From Candidatus Nitrospinota bacterium M3_3B_026 (GTDB lineage Bacteria > Nitrospinota_A > UBA7883 > JBPRGF01), in contig JBPRGF010000017.1 of the NCBI GenBank assembly GCA_051418015.1, forward strand, positions 224,001 to 288,000: a DNA stretch of 64,000 nt, read 5' to 3'. A model generated the notes under the pieces. It searched no databases, was not told the DNA's origin, and saw only the letters and a program-made list of their open reading frames with translations. Both the position numbers and the translations under genes were made by a program. Below, in pieces: positions 1-10,278 of this stretch; positions within the stretch are counted from its first letter, which is position 1, and every line of letters begins with the position of its first letter.

Positions 1-989
1 GAGAGCGGCTGACCGTATCGGGAAGCCCTCTCGAACTCAAGCCCCAGGATCTCGTGGAAGTGGCGGTGGTTGTAAAGCCGGGTGAGCCCGTCCGTTATCG
101 CCATCCTGCGCAGCTTGGACATCGCCCGGGCATTGTTCAGCGCCGCGGAGATCATCTGGGTCACCAGCTCCACGGTGTTGAAGTCGATATTGTCGAAAAA
201 CCCTTTGTCGGAGCCGTTCAGGTTCAACGCGCCCAGGCGCTGGCCCCCGGCGATAAGCGGGGCGCAGAGGGCGTGGCCGTCGGTGTACTTGGACCTTCTT
301 TCCCCGGCGGCGTATTTCGAGGACGGGAAGTCGCTCGTGATGATCCTCCGCCCCGTCTCCAGCGCCTCCTTCATGATCGGCGAGTCCAAAATCGAAACAG
401 ACAGCGCGTTCATATCCTCATCGCCGTGGTTGTGTATGAGAGCCCGCAGCACCCCCTCGTCCTCCTCGTCCAGCAGGAAGATGGAGTACCGCTCCGCGGG
501 CAGGAGCCTTTCGAGCTTGGTCGCTATGGCTATCGATATGGCATCCATCTCCACGGTGTTCATGGAGTGGGCGAAATCCACCACCCTCTCAAGCTGCCGC
601 CGGTAGCCTTGTATCCTGCAATGGGCCCTGATCTTGGCGGTCAACTCCGCCATGTTGTATGGCTTCGTGATGTAGTCGTCGGCCCCCACGTCCAGCCCGA
701 TCACCTTGTCCTTCGTCTCCCGCAGGGCGGAGGCGAAGACGACGGCCACGCCGCGGGTGGCGGCGTTTTCCTTTATGCGGCGGCAGACCTGGCGCCCGTC
801 GATGTCCGGCATCATGATGTCCAGGAGCACAACGTCCGGGGAAACCCTGTCCACGGCCTCCAGGGCCTCCGCGCCGGTGGCGGCGGTCATGGTCTTGTAC
901 CCTTCCGCGTCGAGAGCGGCCTGGATGGTCAGGCGGATGTCCTCCTCGTCGTCCACTATGAGTATGGTAGAGTCGTTCACTTCATTCAC
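1..989 (-). CDS. Response regulator diguanylate cyclase (REC-GAF-GGDEF), truncated by window start
   Basis: Translated by hand from GTG at 989 (overlaps stop of upstream kinase): ILIVDDEEDIR...DVVLLDIMMPDIDG...GADDYITKPY (REC), a GAF-like segment (CAPLIAGGQRLGALNL), then AITDGLTRLYNHRHFHE, the start of a GGDEF domain. The GGDEF motif itself is outside the window. Confidence 0.85.
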   Translation of the reverse strand, partial: MNEVNDSTILIVDDEEDIRLTIQAALDAEGYKTMTAATGAEALEAVDRVSPDVVLLDIMMPDIDGRQVCRRIKENAATRGVAVVFASALRETKDKVIGLDVGADDYITKPYNMAELTAKIRAHCRIQGYRRQLERVVDFAHSMNTVEMDAISIAIATKLERLLPAERYSIFLLDEEDEGVLRALIHNHGDEDMNALSVSILDSPIMKEALETGRRIITSDFPSSKYAAGERRSKYTDGHALCAPLIAGGQRLGALNLNGSDKGFFDNIDFNTVELVTQMISAALNNARAMSKLRRMAITDGLTRLYNHRHFHEILGLEFERASRYGQPL

Positions 990-2539
990 GCCTCGGAGCC
1001 TTCCGGGACGGGCAGGGTCAGGCGGAACCTGCTTCCCTGCCCCGGCTCGCTTTCCACCGTTATCGACCCATTATGCGCCCTCATTATCTCCTTGCAAATA
1101 GCCAGGCCCAGCCCCGTTCCCGCGTGGCGGCGCCTGATGGAGCTGTCCGCCTGGGTGTACTTGTCGAACATCCTGTCCATGAATTCAGACGGTATCCCCT
1201 TCCCGGTATCCTCAACGTCGACAACCACCGCGGGAGCGCCCTTCTCCATCCCCCGGCCCAGCTTCACCAGCGTCCGGTCCCCTTTTTCCGTGAATTTCAG
1301 GGCGTTCGACAGCAGGTTATCCATCGCCTGCGCCATAAGCCCCGGGTCGATGTCCACTTTGGGGAGCCCGTCCTCGGCCTCCAGGGAGAGACCCACCCCC
1401 TTGTCCTTGAAGGCCAGCGAAAACTGGTCCACGCAGAAGGCGGCGGTGGGCAACAGGCTCGCACGCTCCAGGGACAGCTCCATTTGCCCCGCCTCGAGCC
1501 GGGCGAGGTTCAGAAGGTCGTTGACGAGCCGCTCCTGCCTGTCGACGTTCCTGCCGATAATGTCCATGAACTTGCGCTGGCTCTCCGTCACGCTCCCCAG
1601 ATTCCCCCGCGCCAGGTTGTCCACGGCGGCCCGGATCGACGTGAGCGGCGTCCTCAGCTCATGGGATATCATGCTTGTGAACTCATCCTTGAGTCTCTGA
1701 TACTCCTTGTCCCGCGTTATGTCGGTGAACAGGATCAAGACGCCCGCCACCTCCCCGTCGGGCCCCGCCACCGGCGTCATGCGGGCCATGTAAGTCTTCG
1801 TCCCGACCCGCGCCTCGAAGGTCTCGACGCCTTCGTCATTGCCCGGCCGGTCCCTCGGCGCGTTTTTCTCAAGGGAGGCGAGGAAGTCCTCAAGCCCTGT
1901 CCCGTCCTGCCCCCCAAGACCGGGGAAAAGCCTCGCCGCCACGGGGTTTATGACCTCCGGCCTCCCTTCGGTGTTGAAGAATATCATCCCGTCAGTCATA
2001 CCGCGGATCACCGTCTCCATCTTGCTCTTCTCGGCGTCCAGCTCATTTCTCAGCCTTATGAGATTCACGCTCTGCCGGGCCAGGCTGTCGGTGATGTCGC
2101 GAAGCTCGATGTTCCTTTTCCGCAGGTCGCCGAGGCGCTTCGCCTCCCGTCCGGCCTCCTCCCCCGCGCTGAGGGACGCGGCGATATATGGAAGGGAGCG
2201 CAGCCCCTCATCGTCCAGGGTGACCAGCGGCCACAACCCGAGATCCAGGGCTTCCACCGGAGCCATGAAGCCGGACGAGGGGGCCAGCGCGGCCATACCC
2301 GCGCCGGGGATGAACGAACGCAGCCTCCGCGCGGCACGCAGCGAGACCGCCGGGTCGGGGGAGAGGTCTATGAGCGCGGCGTCGAACCCTTCGGGCGGGG
2401 AGGAGAGCCCAGCGGCCTGCCCAGCGGAAATGAAATCGAGGCGCGAGCTCCCGGCTCTGGCCGCCTCGAAGGCGCGCCTTATCCGCTGGCGCGAAGCTTC
2501 ATCGTCCTCCACGACGAGGATCCGGGAGCTCCTTGTCAA
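986..2539 (-). CDS. Sensor histidine kinase (degenerate REC, PAS, HisKA, HATPase)
   Basis: H-box SHELRTPLTSI, N-box NLLSNALKFT, G1 DTGKGI, G2 GTGLGLAI; no transmembrane segment. Confidence 0.92.
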   Translation of the reverse strand: MTRSSRILVVEDDEASRQRIRRAFEAARAGSSRLDFISAGQAAGLSSPPEGFDAALIDLSPDPAVSLRAARRLRSFIPGAGMAALAPSSGFMAPVEALDLGLWPLVTLDDEGLRSLPYIAASLSAGEEAGREAKRLGDLRKRNIELRDITDSLARQSVNLIRLRNELDAEKSKMETVIRGMTDGMIFFNTEGRPEVINPVAARLFPGLGGQDGTGLEDFLASLEKNAPRDRPGNDEGVETFEARVGTKTYMARMTPVAGPDGEVAGVLILFTDITRDKEYQRLKDEFTSMISHELRTPLTSIRAAVDNLARGNLGSVTESQRKFMDIIGRNVDRQERLVNDLLNLARLEAGQMELSLERASLLPTAAFCVDQFSLAFKDKGVGLSLEAEDGLPKVDIDPGLMAQAMDNLLSNALKFTEKGDRTLVKLGRGMEKGAPAVVVDVEDTGKGIPSEFMDRMFDKYTQADSSIRRRHAGTGLGLAICKEIMRAHNGSITVESEPGQGSRFRLTLPVPEGSEA

Positions 2540-2575
2540 ATCATACCTTCCGGAGATGGGCCGCCGCGTTCTCTT

Positions 2576-3217
2576 CTAAAAGACTTCATCGGCGGGCTGG
2601 TCCACGGTTGGCGGGAGTATCTCTATGGCCCTCCTGCCGGTCTCTCTCTCGCAATAGTACTGGCAAAGCCCGCAGCCGACGCAATCCAGCGTCTTTATGA
2701 CTGGCCGTTCGCCCAGGACGGTTATGGCCTCGCCGGACAGGGGGCACATGTCGACGCAGACGCGGCAGCTTCCGCCCTCGTAGGCGAGGCAGGCCGCCGG
2801 GTCCAGCCTGGCCTTTCCGATGTTTATCTCCTTTATCGAGAGGGGCATTTCGAGAGCCTCCTCCTTGCAGACCTCGACGCAGTGAAGATCGGAGCATAAA
2901 AAACAGGCCTTGCGGGAGGGGTTGAAAGTCGGCGTCCCCCCCGCGGCGCCGTATTCCTCCGGGACGCGGAAAAGCACGTCCTCCGGGCAGGCTCTTATGC
3001 AGTCGTCACATCTTGTGCAAAGCGTCTCGAACAAGTCCCCTGCGACGGCGCCCGGCGGGCGTAAAAGGCCGCGTTTCGGCTCCAGCGGGCCCGGCTCGTC
3101 CCCGGCCATAGCCTCCTGCGCCGCCTCGGCGAAATCTCCCACAAGCCTCCCCAAAAGGCCCAGCCCTTCGCGCAGGACGCCCCGGCGGCTTACCGGACGG
3201 TTGTATCTTTCGCTCAT
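2576..3217 (-). CDS. MauM/NapG/NapF-like 4Fe-4S polyferredoxin
   Basis: LRPPGA, CTRCDDCIRACP, CFLC...C...C, CRVCVDMCP, CVGCGLCQYYC; N-terminal SRRGVL. Confidence 0.85.
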   Translation of the reverse strand: MSERYNRPVSRRGVLREGLGLLGRLVGDFAEAAQEAMAGDEPGPLEPKRGLLRPPGAVAGDLFETLCTRCDDCIRACPEDVLFRVPEEYGAAGGTPTFNPSRKACFLCSDLHCVEVCKEEALEMPLSIKEINIGKARLDPAACLAYEGGSCRVCVDMCPLSGEAITVLGERPVIKTLDCVGCGLCQYYCERETGRRAIEILPPTVDQPADEVF

Positions 3218-3303
3218 ATCGTTATTCTACATGATTATGCGCGCCTGCCGGCCACGCCGGGGGCCGGCTGCGGGCAAGAACCACGATCTTCGCGGATGAT
3301 ATA

Positions 3304-4995
3304 ATGGCCGGAAGCGAAACGCGATTGAAAGGCTCCACGATGGCTATCGGGAGGATCCGCCGCGCGACCCGTTATCTTTCCAGATACAGGGAGATATTCC
3401 ACGTGCTGGTCCGCTATGGCCTGGCGGACTGGGCGCGGCGAGTCGACATCGACTTCGTCAGGGGCATCATAACCAGCCGGGCGGACCCCGAGCTTCTGAA
3501 ACTCTCCACCGAACAGCGCGTCCGCCATGCCCTGATGGAGCTGGGGCCGACGTTCATAAAGTTCGGGCAGATGCTCTCCATGCGGCCGGACCTTGTCGGA
3601 GTTCCCATGTCCGACGAGCTCAAAAAACTCCTGTCCCACGTGGAGGCGGATCCTCCGGAGACCGTCAGGAAGATCGTGGCCGAGGAGCTTGGCAGGAGCC
3701 CGGACGAGATATTCGCCGAGTTCGACCCGGAGCCGGTGGCGTCGGCGTCGATCGGGCAGGTCCACAAGGCGCGGCTGAAGCCGGGCGAGGCGGTGGCCGT
3801 AAAGGTCATCCACGACGGGATAGAGGGGATCGTGGAAAGGGATCTCGACATCATCCGCGACCTGGCGGGGCTGGTGGAGGACTACGTGGAGGAGGCCCGC
3901 TACTACAAGCCGAGGGAGACCGTGGAGAGCTTCGCCCGGACGATGACGCGCGAGATGGACTTCATGCGCGAGGCGCGCAATATCATCAACCTGGCGGAGG
4001 ACTTCGCCGACGATGAGACGGTGAAGATCCCGAGGGTTTACGAGGACTACACAACCTCCCGCGTCCTGGTCATGGAGTGGATCGACGGTATTCCCCTGGA
4101 CACCGTGGACCCGGAGACGGAGACGCGGTTCGACGTGTCCGAGGCGGCGGACAAGGGGGCGAAAATATTCCTGAAGATGGTCTTCGTCAACGGCTTCTAC
4201 CACGCCGACCCGCACCCGGCGAACATCATGATAATGGACGACGGGAGGATCGCGCTGCTGGACTACGGCATGGTGGGCAGGCTTTCCCTCAAGATGCGCG
4301 AGTATGTCGAGGACGGCGTCTCCGCCGTCGTCCGCAGGGACAGCGAACGGCTCGCCCAGATAATAATCAAGGCAGGCTCCCTGCCGCCGGACCTCGACAC
4401 GACGACGCTGGGCGCGGACATAACGGACTTCATATCGTTCTACGGCTCCCTGCCGATATCGAAGATCAAGCTGTTCGAGGCGCTCAACGAGGTGGTGTCC
4501 ATAATCCACAGGCATCACATCATCCTGCCATCGGAGATAACCATGCTCATAAAGACGCTGGCGACGCTGGAGGGCTCGCACCGCTCCCTGAACCCGGAGT
4601 TCAACCTGCTTTCGCTGATCCGTCCCTACCAGGAGAGCATGGCCTGGTCCGCCCTCTCCCCCACGAGGGGGCTCAACAGGGCGCGCAGGTTCTACTACGA
4701 GCTGCAGGACTTCGTGGAGACCGTCCCCTCGGCGCTCATGGATATCATCGAGCGGTTCCGCAAGGAGACGCTGGAGATACACATGGAGCACCGGGGGATG
4801 GAAAGAAGCGCGAACAGGCTTACCTTCGGGATACTCACGGCGGCCATCTTCATGGGCTCCTCGATGGTGCTGAGCGCCGGGATACCGCCCCTTGTTTTCG
4901 GGTTTTCGCTGCTGGGGGTTATCGGGTACATCGTATCCCTTGTAATGGGGTTGAGGATACTCTGGGCCATCATGGTTTCGGGGAGACTGGACTGA
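3304..4995 (+). CDS. ABC1/UbiB-family atypical kinase
   Basis: ELGPTFIKFGQMLS, ASASIGQVHKA, VAVKV, YHADPHPANI, LLDYGMVG; C-terminal TM helices. Alternative start 3340. Confidence 0.92.
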   Translation: MAGSETRLKGSTMAIGRIRRATRYLSRYREIFHVLVRYGLADWARRVDIDFVRGIITSRADPELLKLSTEQRVRHALMELGPTFIKFGQMLSMRPDLVGVPMSDELKKLLSHVEADPPETVRKIVAEELGRSPDEIFAEFDPEPVASASIGQVHKARLKPGEAVAVKVIHDGIEGIVERDLDIIRDLAGLVEDYVEEARYYKPRETVESFARTMTREMDFMREARNIINLAEDFADDETVKIPRVYEDYTTSRVLVMEWIDGIPLDTVDPETETRFDVSEAADKGAKIFLKMVFVNGFYHADPHPANIMIMDDGRIALLDYGMVGRLSLKMREYVEDGVSAVVRRDSERLAQIIIKAGSLPPDLDTTTLGADITDFISFYGSLPISKIKLFEALNEVVSIIHRHHIILPSEITMLIKTLATLEGSHRSLNPEFNLLSLIRPYQESMAWSALSPTRGLNRARRFYYELQDFVETVPSALMDIIERFRKETLEIHMEHRGMERSANRLTFGILTAAIFMGSSMVLSAGIPPLVFGFSLLGVIGYIVSLVMGLRILWAIMVSGRLD

Positions 4996-5020
4996 GCTTA
5001 TATTTTCAAGAGAGGGTCAT

Positions 5021-5383
5021 ATGAAGGAGATGGATAAAATGTTCGATCTGATACGCGACGCGACGAAGATGGGGCTCGGCGCCCTCTCCCTTTCAAAGGA
5101 GAACCTGAAAAAAGTGACCGACGACCTGACGGACATCGGAAGGGTCAGCAAGGAGGAGGGGGAAAGGCTTTTCAAGGAGTTCGAGGAGTCCCGGGAGAAG
5201 TATAAAAAAGACTTGGAGGAGTTCGTGGAAGAGGCCGTCAAAAAGGCGATAGACAGGGCCGGGCTGGCGCCGAAAACGGAGGTCGCCGAGCTGCGGGCCA
5301 GGGTGGCCGAGCTGGAGGAGACGCTGAGGGTCGTGAAAGAGGAGCGGGCCGTGGACGAAAGCGAGGGGGCGGGGGGGGCCTGA
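5021..5383 (+). CDS. Phasin-like / coiled-coil protein (common partner of UbiB-like kinases)
   Basis: MGLGALSLSKE...G.VS.EEG pattern, C-terminal coiled coil ELRARVAELE; AGAGG RBS. Confidence 0.7.
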   Translation: MKEMDKMFDLIRDATKMGLGALSLSKENLKKVTDDLTDIGRVSKEEGERLFKEFEESREKYKKDLEEFVEEAVKKAIDRAGLAPKTEVAELRARVAELEETLRVVKEERAVDESEGAGGA

Positions 5384-5473
5384 TCCCTCTTCGGCCCGCC
5401 GGAGTTGTGGACGGCGGGCCGGCTGGGCCCTTGACGGCGCGCGCCTCACACGCGGCCGGAGGGGACCGCCTCT

Positions 5474-6205
5474 TTAGCCGAAGGCCTCGGAAAGCTCCAG
5501 GTATCTCAGGATTATGTCGGACATCATGTCCGTATTATTCCGGGCGTTATTGAAAACCAGGTGATAAAGCGACGGGTCCGACGAGTCCATCCCCGTGAAG
5601 TCGGCCACGAACCTCGAGCGGGCGCTCTGCCTGGCCCTCAGCAGGTTCTCCGCCTCGACGCGGTTGAGCTTGAAAAGCTCCTCCACCCGGCGCAGCCGCC
5701 AGGAGTGGGACGCCACGACCCTTATGTGGATCCCCATGAATTTCTTCGGATCGAGCATGTGGGTTATCACCTGCCCGCCGGAGCCCAGGATCACGCAGTT
5801 GCCCTTGTCGGCAAGGTTTAAAATGACGTTCCTCATCCCCTCGAAGACGTGGCTTGACGGGGACTGAAGGTATCTTGGCACCAGCGCGTCCACGAACCAG
5901 TCGCGGAACTTCCAGCGCTTCTCCGACACCTCGCGCACCATCTCCACGGTCTCGCTCTCGGAGTCGGCCACCATCTGCTCCATCATGCGGTGAGTGAACA
6001 GCGTCCAGGGCTCCGTCGAGCGCTCGTTTATCTTCTTCACCAGCTTGTCGGCGGCTTCGTAACCCTCGCACCCGTATTCCCGGGAAATGGTCACGAAATA
6101 GGTTCTCTTCGGCTTTTCTTTCTCCAGGGCCGCCTCCCTCCTGGCCACCCAGTCCCGGTAGAAATTCAAGTCGAGAACGGCTTCTTCGAAATGAGGTTCG
6201 CGCAT
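5474..6205 (-). CDS. Cytidylate kinase-like family protein
   Basis: VTISREYGCEG, GNCVILGSGG, DPSLYHLVFN. Confidence 0.85.
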   Translation of the reverse strand: MREPHFEEAVLDLNFYRDWVARREAALEKEKPKRTYFVTISREYGCEGYEAADKLVKKINERSTEPWTLFTHRMMEQMVADSESETVEMVREVSEKRWKFRDWFVDALVPRYLQSPSSHVFEGMRNVILNLADKGNCVILGSGGQVITHMLDPKKFMGIHIRVVASHSWRLRRVEELFKLNRVEAENLLRARQSARSRFVADFTGMDSSDPSLYHLVFNNARNNTDMMSDIILRYLELSEAFG

Positions 6206-6365
6206 ATAGCCTTTTCCACCCTCCGCTTTGAGAATTAAAGGTCAAGCTCAACCGCAGGTTACGTATTGTATAACCTGAGGAGGGAAAAGAAAACGCCTGA
6301 ATTGAAAACAACCCGGCGGCCCCTGGGGGCCGCCCCTGTGTGACAAGGATCGTAACGGCGCCGGG

Positions 6366-9047
6366 CTAAAAATGGCGGAAATCGTCGTCCCGCTCGCGCT
6401 CGTCCAGGGCGATGACGTCGCTTGGTTTCACCGCCGGGCCGGCTTTGCCTCCCTGGCGCTGGATATGCCTGCCGTATTTCCGGTCGTCCTTCTGGATATG
6501 GTTCACCAGCCAGTCCATCAGAAAACCCATTATCTCGTCGCTGATCGCCTGGCGCCCGGCCTTGAACTCGTTGTAGAACCTGCCCACCTGCGCGATGAGA
6601 TCCTCGTGGACCTTCTTGTGCGAGTCGCTCTCCGGGAAGCCCACGTCCCTCTGCAGCTTCTCCTCGGCTGCGAAATGGGTCTTGGTGTAGTCCACCAGCG
6701 AGTCCAGCACATGGCCGAGAGCCTGCCTGCTCTTCCCGGCGAGTTTGGCCGAGTAAAGCTCGTTCACAAGGTTAACAAGCCTCCTGTGCTGGGCGTCCAT
6801 CTCCGGGACGAAAACCGTGAACGCCCTCTCGTCCCAGGTTATGATCTCCTTGTCCGCGGCTGGGCGCGCGGCCTTGGGACGCGCGGCCGGCGCTGGAGAT
6901 GGATGGGGCGCGGCGGTTTCGCGTCCGCCTCCCTGGCGCTGGATATGCCTGCCGTATTTCCGGTCGTCCTTCTGGATATGGTTCACCAGCCAGTCCATCA
7001 GAAAACCCATTATCTCATCGCTGATCGCCTGGCGCCCGGCCTTGAACTCGTTGTAGAACTTGCCCACCTGCGCGATGAGATCCTCGTGAACCTTCTTGTG
7101 CGAATCGCTCTCCGGGAAGCCCATGTCCCTCTGCAGCTTCTCCTCGGCGGCGAAATGGGTCTTGGTGTAGTCCACCAGCGAGTCCAGCACGCGGCCGAGG
7201 GCCTGCCTGCTCTTCCCGGCGAGTTTGGCCGAGTAAAGCTCGTTCACGAGGTCTACGAGCTTCTTGTGTTGGGCGTCCATCTCCGGGACATAGACGGTGA
7301 ACGCCTTCTTGTCCCAGCTTATGATCCCCTTGTCCGCGGCTGGGCCCCGCTCCACGGCCTTTCGCTCCGGCAGGGCTTTTACTGCTCCCTCGTCCTCCTC
7401 CTCGGCTCCCTCCAGCTCAAACCGGTGGAGCATGTTCTTAAGAATCATTACCTGGTTGGTCAGGTGCTCCGCCGCGGCGAGGTTCTCGTCGGCGATGGCG
7501 GCGTTTTTCTGAGTGACCTCGTCGATGCTGGTGACGCCCTTCCTGGTCTCCTCTATCCCCTTGGCCTGCTCCGCGGAGGACTGGGCTATCTCCCCGATAA
7601 GGTCCTTGACCTTCGTCACGCCGTTGACGATCTCGTCCAGGGCCTCGGCCGTCCTGGACGCCACGGAGGCGCCGTCCTGGGAGTCCTTCACCGATCCCTC
7701 GATAAGCTCCGCCGTCTCCTTGGCCGCCTTGGCGCTGCGGGAGGCGAGGTTGCGCACCTCCTCGGCCACCACGGCGAACCCCTTGCCGTGTTTGCCCGCC
7801 CGGGCGGCCTCCACGGCGGCGTTCAGAGCCAACAGGTTCGTCTGGAAGGCGATCTCGTCTATCACCTTCACTATATTGGATATTTTCTGGCCGGAGACCA
7901 CTATCTTCTGCATGGCCTCGACCATCTCCTCCATGCTGTGGCTTCCCTTGTCGGCCGCCTCGCTGGCCTGCCCGGCCAGCTCATCGGCCTTGGCGGCGTG
8001 CTCGGCGGTGAGGCTCACCTGGCTCGATATCTGCTCCATCGAGGCAAGGGCCTGCTCCATGGAGCTGGCCTGCGACGAGGCGCCTTCGGAAAGGGTCTGG
8101 CTGGACTGGGATAGCTGCTCGGCGCTCTGGGCCACCCCCTCGTTCACGTGGCTTATGCCGTATATAAGCTCCCTTATACTCCTGTTGGTCTTCTCCAGCC
8201 CGCTCTTTATCACACCGCTGGCCCTGAAGGTGAAGTCGCCCTCGGCCAGCCTTGCGAAGGCGGCCACGATCTCGTCCCTCAGGTTGTCGGCGAACCTGTC
8301 TATCGCGCGCGCCATCCTGCCTATCTCGTCGTCCCGCCGCATGTCAAGGCGCGCGTCCAGGTCCCCCGCGCCCAGGGCGTGGATCACCTCCACCATTTTC
8401 CGGATGGGCCTCAAGACCAGCCTGGACATGATGAAAAGGACTATGCCCAGCAGAACGGCGAGCTCGGCCACCTGGAGGGCCGTCATGCGGTTGAAATCGC
8501 CGGCCAACCTGTTGTCGATCTCTTCGAGGGACACCAACATGCTCACGGCTCCGTTGGACTGCCCGATCTCCCCCTCGTGGCAATCCAGGCACCGGACCCC
8601 GCCCCGGTCCTCCTCGATAACCAAGGGAACCACCGCGCGCAAAAGACGCCTGCCGTCCTTCTCCAATATCTCGTATTGCGGCTCGGCGGCCTCCAGGGCC
8701 CTGCGGTCTATCTCGTCCATCGGCTGTTCGCCAGCCAACCCTTCCCCGAACTGCCTCGTCACGCTCTCGCTGCGGAACACGCGAAGCTCGTCGAGGCCGG
8801 GGGTCGTCTTCTTCACGAGGTCAAGAAAAGTCCCCCGCTGGTCTATGGTTCCCTCGACCATCATGGCGTTCAGAGAGCTCAAGATCGTCTCGGCTATGCC
8901 GCAGGCTTGAGCCTTGATCTCCTGGAGGGCCTGCTCCTCCTGGTTCCTGTAAAAAGAGATTATGTTGAAAAGGGAGGAGAAGATGAAGACACAGGCGATG
9001 GCCACGGCCAGCTTGGCGGCCAGGGTGTTGAGGCGAAACCGTTTCAT
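6366..9047 (-). CDS. Methyl-accepting chemotaxis protein with periplasmic c-type heme domain and two C-terminal hemerythrin domains
   Basis: 2 TM helices flanking a domain with CLDCH; HAMP; MCP core [20 protein letters not shown]; two copies of H...HFAAEE...HKKVH...HIQKDD. Confidence 0.93.
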   Translation of the reverse strand: MKRFRLNTLAAKLAVAIACVFIFSSLFNIISFYRNQEEQALQEIKAQACGIAETILSSLNAMMVEGTIDQRGTFLDLVKKTTPGLDELRVFRSESVTRQFGEGLAGEQPMDEIDRRALEAAEPQYEILEKDGRRLLRAVVPLVIEEDRGGVRCLDCHEGEIGQSNGAVSMLVSLEEIDNRLAGDFNRMTALQVAELAVLLGIVLFIMSRLVLRPIRKMVEVIHALGAGDLDARLDMRRDDEIGRMARAIDRFADNLRDEIVAAFARLAEGDFTFRASGVIKSGLEKTNRSIRELIYGISHVNEGVAQSAEQLSQSSQTLSEGASSQASSMEQALASMEQISSQVSLTAEHAAKADELAGQASEAADKGSHSMEEMVEAMQKIVVSGQKISNIVKVIDEIAFQTNLLALNAAVEAARAGKHGKGFAVVAEEVRNLASRSAKAAKETAELIEGSVKDSQDGASVASRTAEALDEIVNGVTKVKDLIGEIAQSSAEQAKGIEETRKGVTSIDEVTQKNAAIADENLAAAEHLTNQVMILKNMLHRFELEGAEEEDEGAVKALPERKAVERGPAADKGIISWDKKAFTVYVPEMDAQHKKLVDLVNELYSAKLAGKSRQALGRVLDSLVDYTKTHFAAEEKLQRDMGFPESDSHKKVHEDLIAQVGKFYNEFKAGRQAISDEIMGFLMDWLVNHIQKDDRKYGRHIQRQGGGRETAAPHPSPAPAARPKAARPAADKEIITWDERAFTVFVPEMDAQHRRLVNLVNELYSAKLAGKSRQALGHVLDSLVDYTKTHFAAEEKLQRDVGFPESDSHKKVHEDLIAQVGRFYNEFKAGRQAISDEIMGFLMDWLVNHIQKDDRKYGRHIQRQGGKAGPAVKPSDVIALDERERDDDFRHF
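6447..7345. repeat. Intragenic direct repeat (about 419 bp x2, offset 480 bp) encoding the two hemerythrin domains
   Basis: 6447-6865 vs 6927-7345, about 24 mismatches by manual count (~94% identity). Confidence 0.95.
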
Positions 9048-9265
9048 AAAAGGGGACTCCTGCTATATATAAAACATAGCGCGCTACGCCGAGATCCCCT
9101 CCTCTTTCCGGCCCGACGCCCCCCACGGCCCAGCCCCGGGCGAAAACGCGCCGCGCCTTTCGGGCGCGTGAACACGATCCGCTTCAACTAGATGCGGGTA
9201 ACATTATGACACAACAGAGGCGGCGGCGACAAGCTTTTCTAATTATGAAAACAGGTCCGCCGGGG

Positions 9266-9583
9266 CTATCTCCAGGTGTATCCGCAACCCTCGATGTCGT
9301 CGGGAAACATGGGGTACCTGTGGCATATGACCGGCTTCTCCTCCGGCCTGCCGTTAAGGGCGCACAGGTTGTCGCTTGTAAGGCGCTCGCAGGGAATGTC
9401 AATCTCGAAAAGGAGCCTGTCGGCGCCGTGGTCGGCGTCGGTGATTCTGATTCCACGGAAGGAGTAATAGACCCTTGCTTCCTCGAGGGAGCCGTGCTGG
9501 CCGACAACGTGGCTCAGGACTCCCGTTATCCTGACCGACCGGCAGCACTCGCCGCAACGGCGGCATTCCCCGAAGCGCCTCAT
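9266..9583 (-). CDS. YkgJ-family CxxCxxCC cysteine-cluster protein
   Basis: CRRCGECC...PCERL...LC...KPVICHRYP. Confidence 0.85.
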   Translation of the reverse strand: MRRFGECRRCGECCRSVRITGVLSHVVGQHGSLEEARVYYSFRGIRITDADHGADRLLFEIDIPCERLTSDNLCALNGRPEEKPVICHRYPMFPDDIEGCGYTWR

Positions 9584-10248
9584 CAGCCAGCCCCCAGCAG
9601 CCCCGCCAGCTCGCCGAAGCTCTCTATCACCGCGTCCGGCCCGGCCCCCAGAAGCTCCTCCCGGCTCCTGAAACCGTAGACCGCGCCAACGGTAAACGCG
9701 CCGGCGTTTTTGCCCGTCTCGATATCCACTGCGGAGTCCCCGACGATCAGCGTCTTTGACACCAGGACGGAGTACCCGGCGGCGATCCGGAGCACGGCGG
9801 CGGGGTCGGGCTTTTTCACGGGCAGGGTGTCACCCCCATACACGGCCCCGCCCACGTATCGCGCGAGGCCGAGCTCGGCGACGATGCGTTTTGTGTACCT
9901 TTCCGGCTTGTTGGAGACTATTCCCATCCGATATCCCCCCTCGAGCTTTTTGAGGGTCTCCTCCACACCGCCGAAGAGCCTGGTCGTATCAAGCAGCCGC
10001 TCCCAGTATATCCCCCGGAAGATTTCCATGACCTGCTCGAGCTTGTCCGCATGCCCCGCCGCCTCTACCGAACGGCGTATCAGCGGCCCCACGCCGTTTC
10101 CGACAAAGCCCGCGATGGTCTCCATCGGGAGAGGGTCATAGCCCACCCTCCGGAAGGTCTGGTTCAGGGAATCGGCTATGTCCTGCCTGGAGTCTATCAG
10201 CGTGCCGTCCAGGTCGAATACGAGCAGATCGACATCGAAGCGTCTCAT
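9583..10248 (-). CDS. gph: HAD-family hydrolase, phosphoglycolate phosphatase-like
   Basis: FDLDGTLIDS, VSNK, KKPDP, VGDSAVDI; alternative start 10263. Confidence 0.8.
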   Translation of the reverse strand: MRRFDVDLLVFDLDGTLIDSRQDIADSLNQTFRRVGYDPLPMETIAGFVGNGVGPLIRRSVEAAGHADKLEQVMEIFRGIYWERLLDTTRLFGGVEETLKKLEGGYRMGIVSNKPERYTKRIVAELGLARYVGGAVYGGDTLPVKKPDPAAVLRIAAGYSVLVSKTLIVGDSAVDIETGKNAGAFTVGAVYGFRSREELLGAGPDAVIESFGELAGLLGAG

Positions 10249-10278
10249 GCCCTTATCATACAACCGGCGGACGCGGCG

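Noticed and set aside
54..1700. Long + strand ORF (also 1073-2899, 6372-8114, 24610-26751, 30643-33462, 43701-45509, 60611-62536)
   Set aside because: Antisense shadows of well-supported minus-strand genes in high-GC DNA; no recognisable motifs
2576..3217. Ferredoxin as NosG of the nos-like system
   Set aside because: About 40 kb away, in an operon with a kinase and diguanylate cyclase, with no NosH/NapH partner
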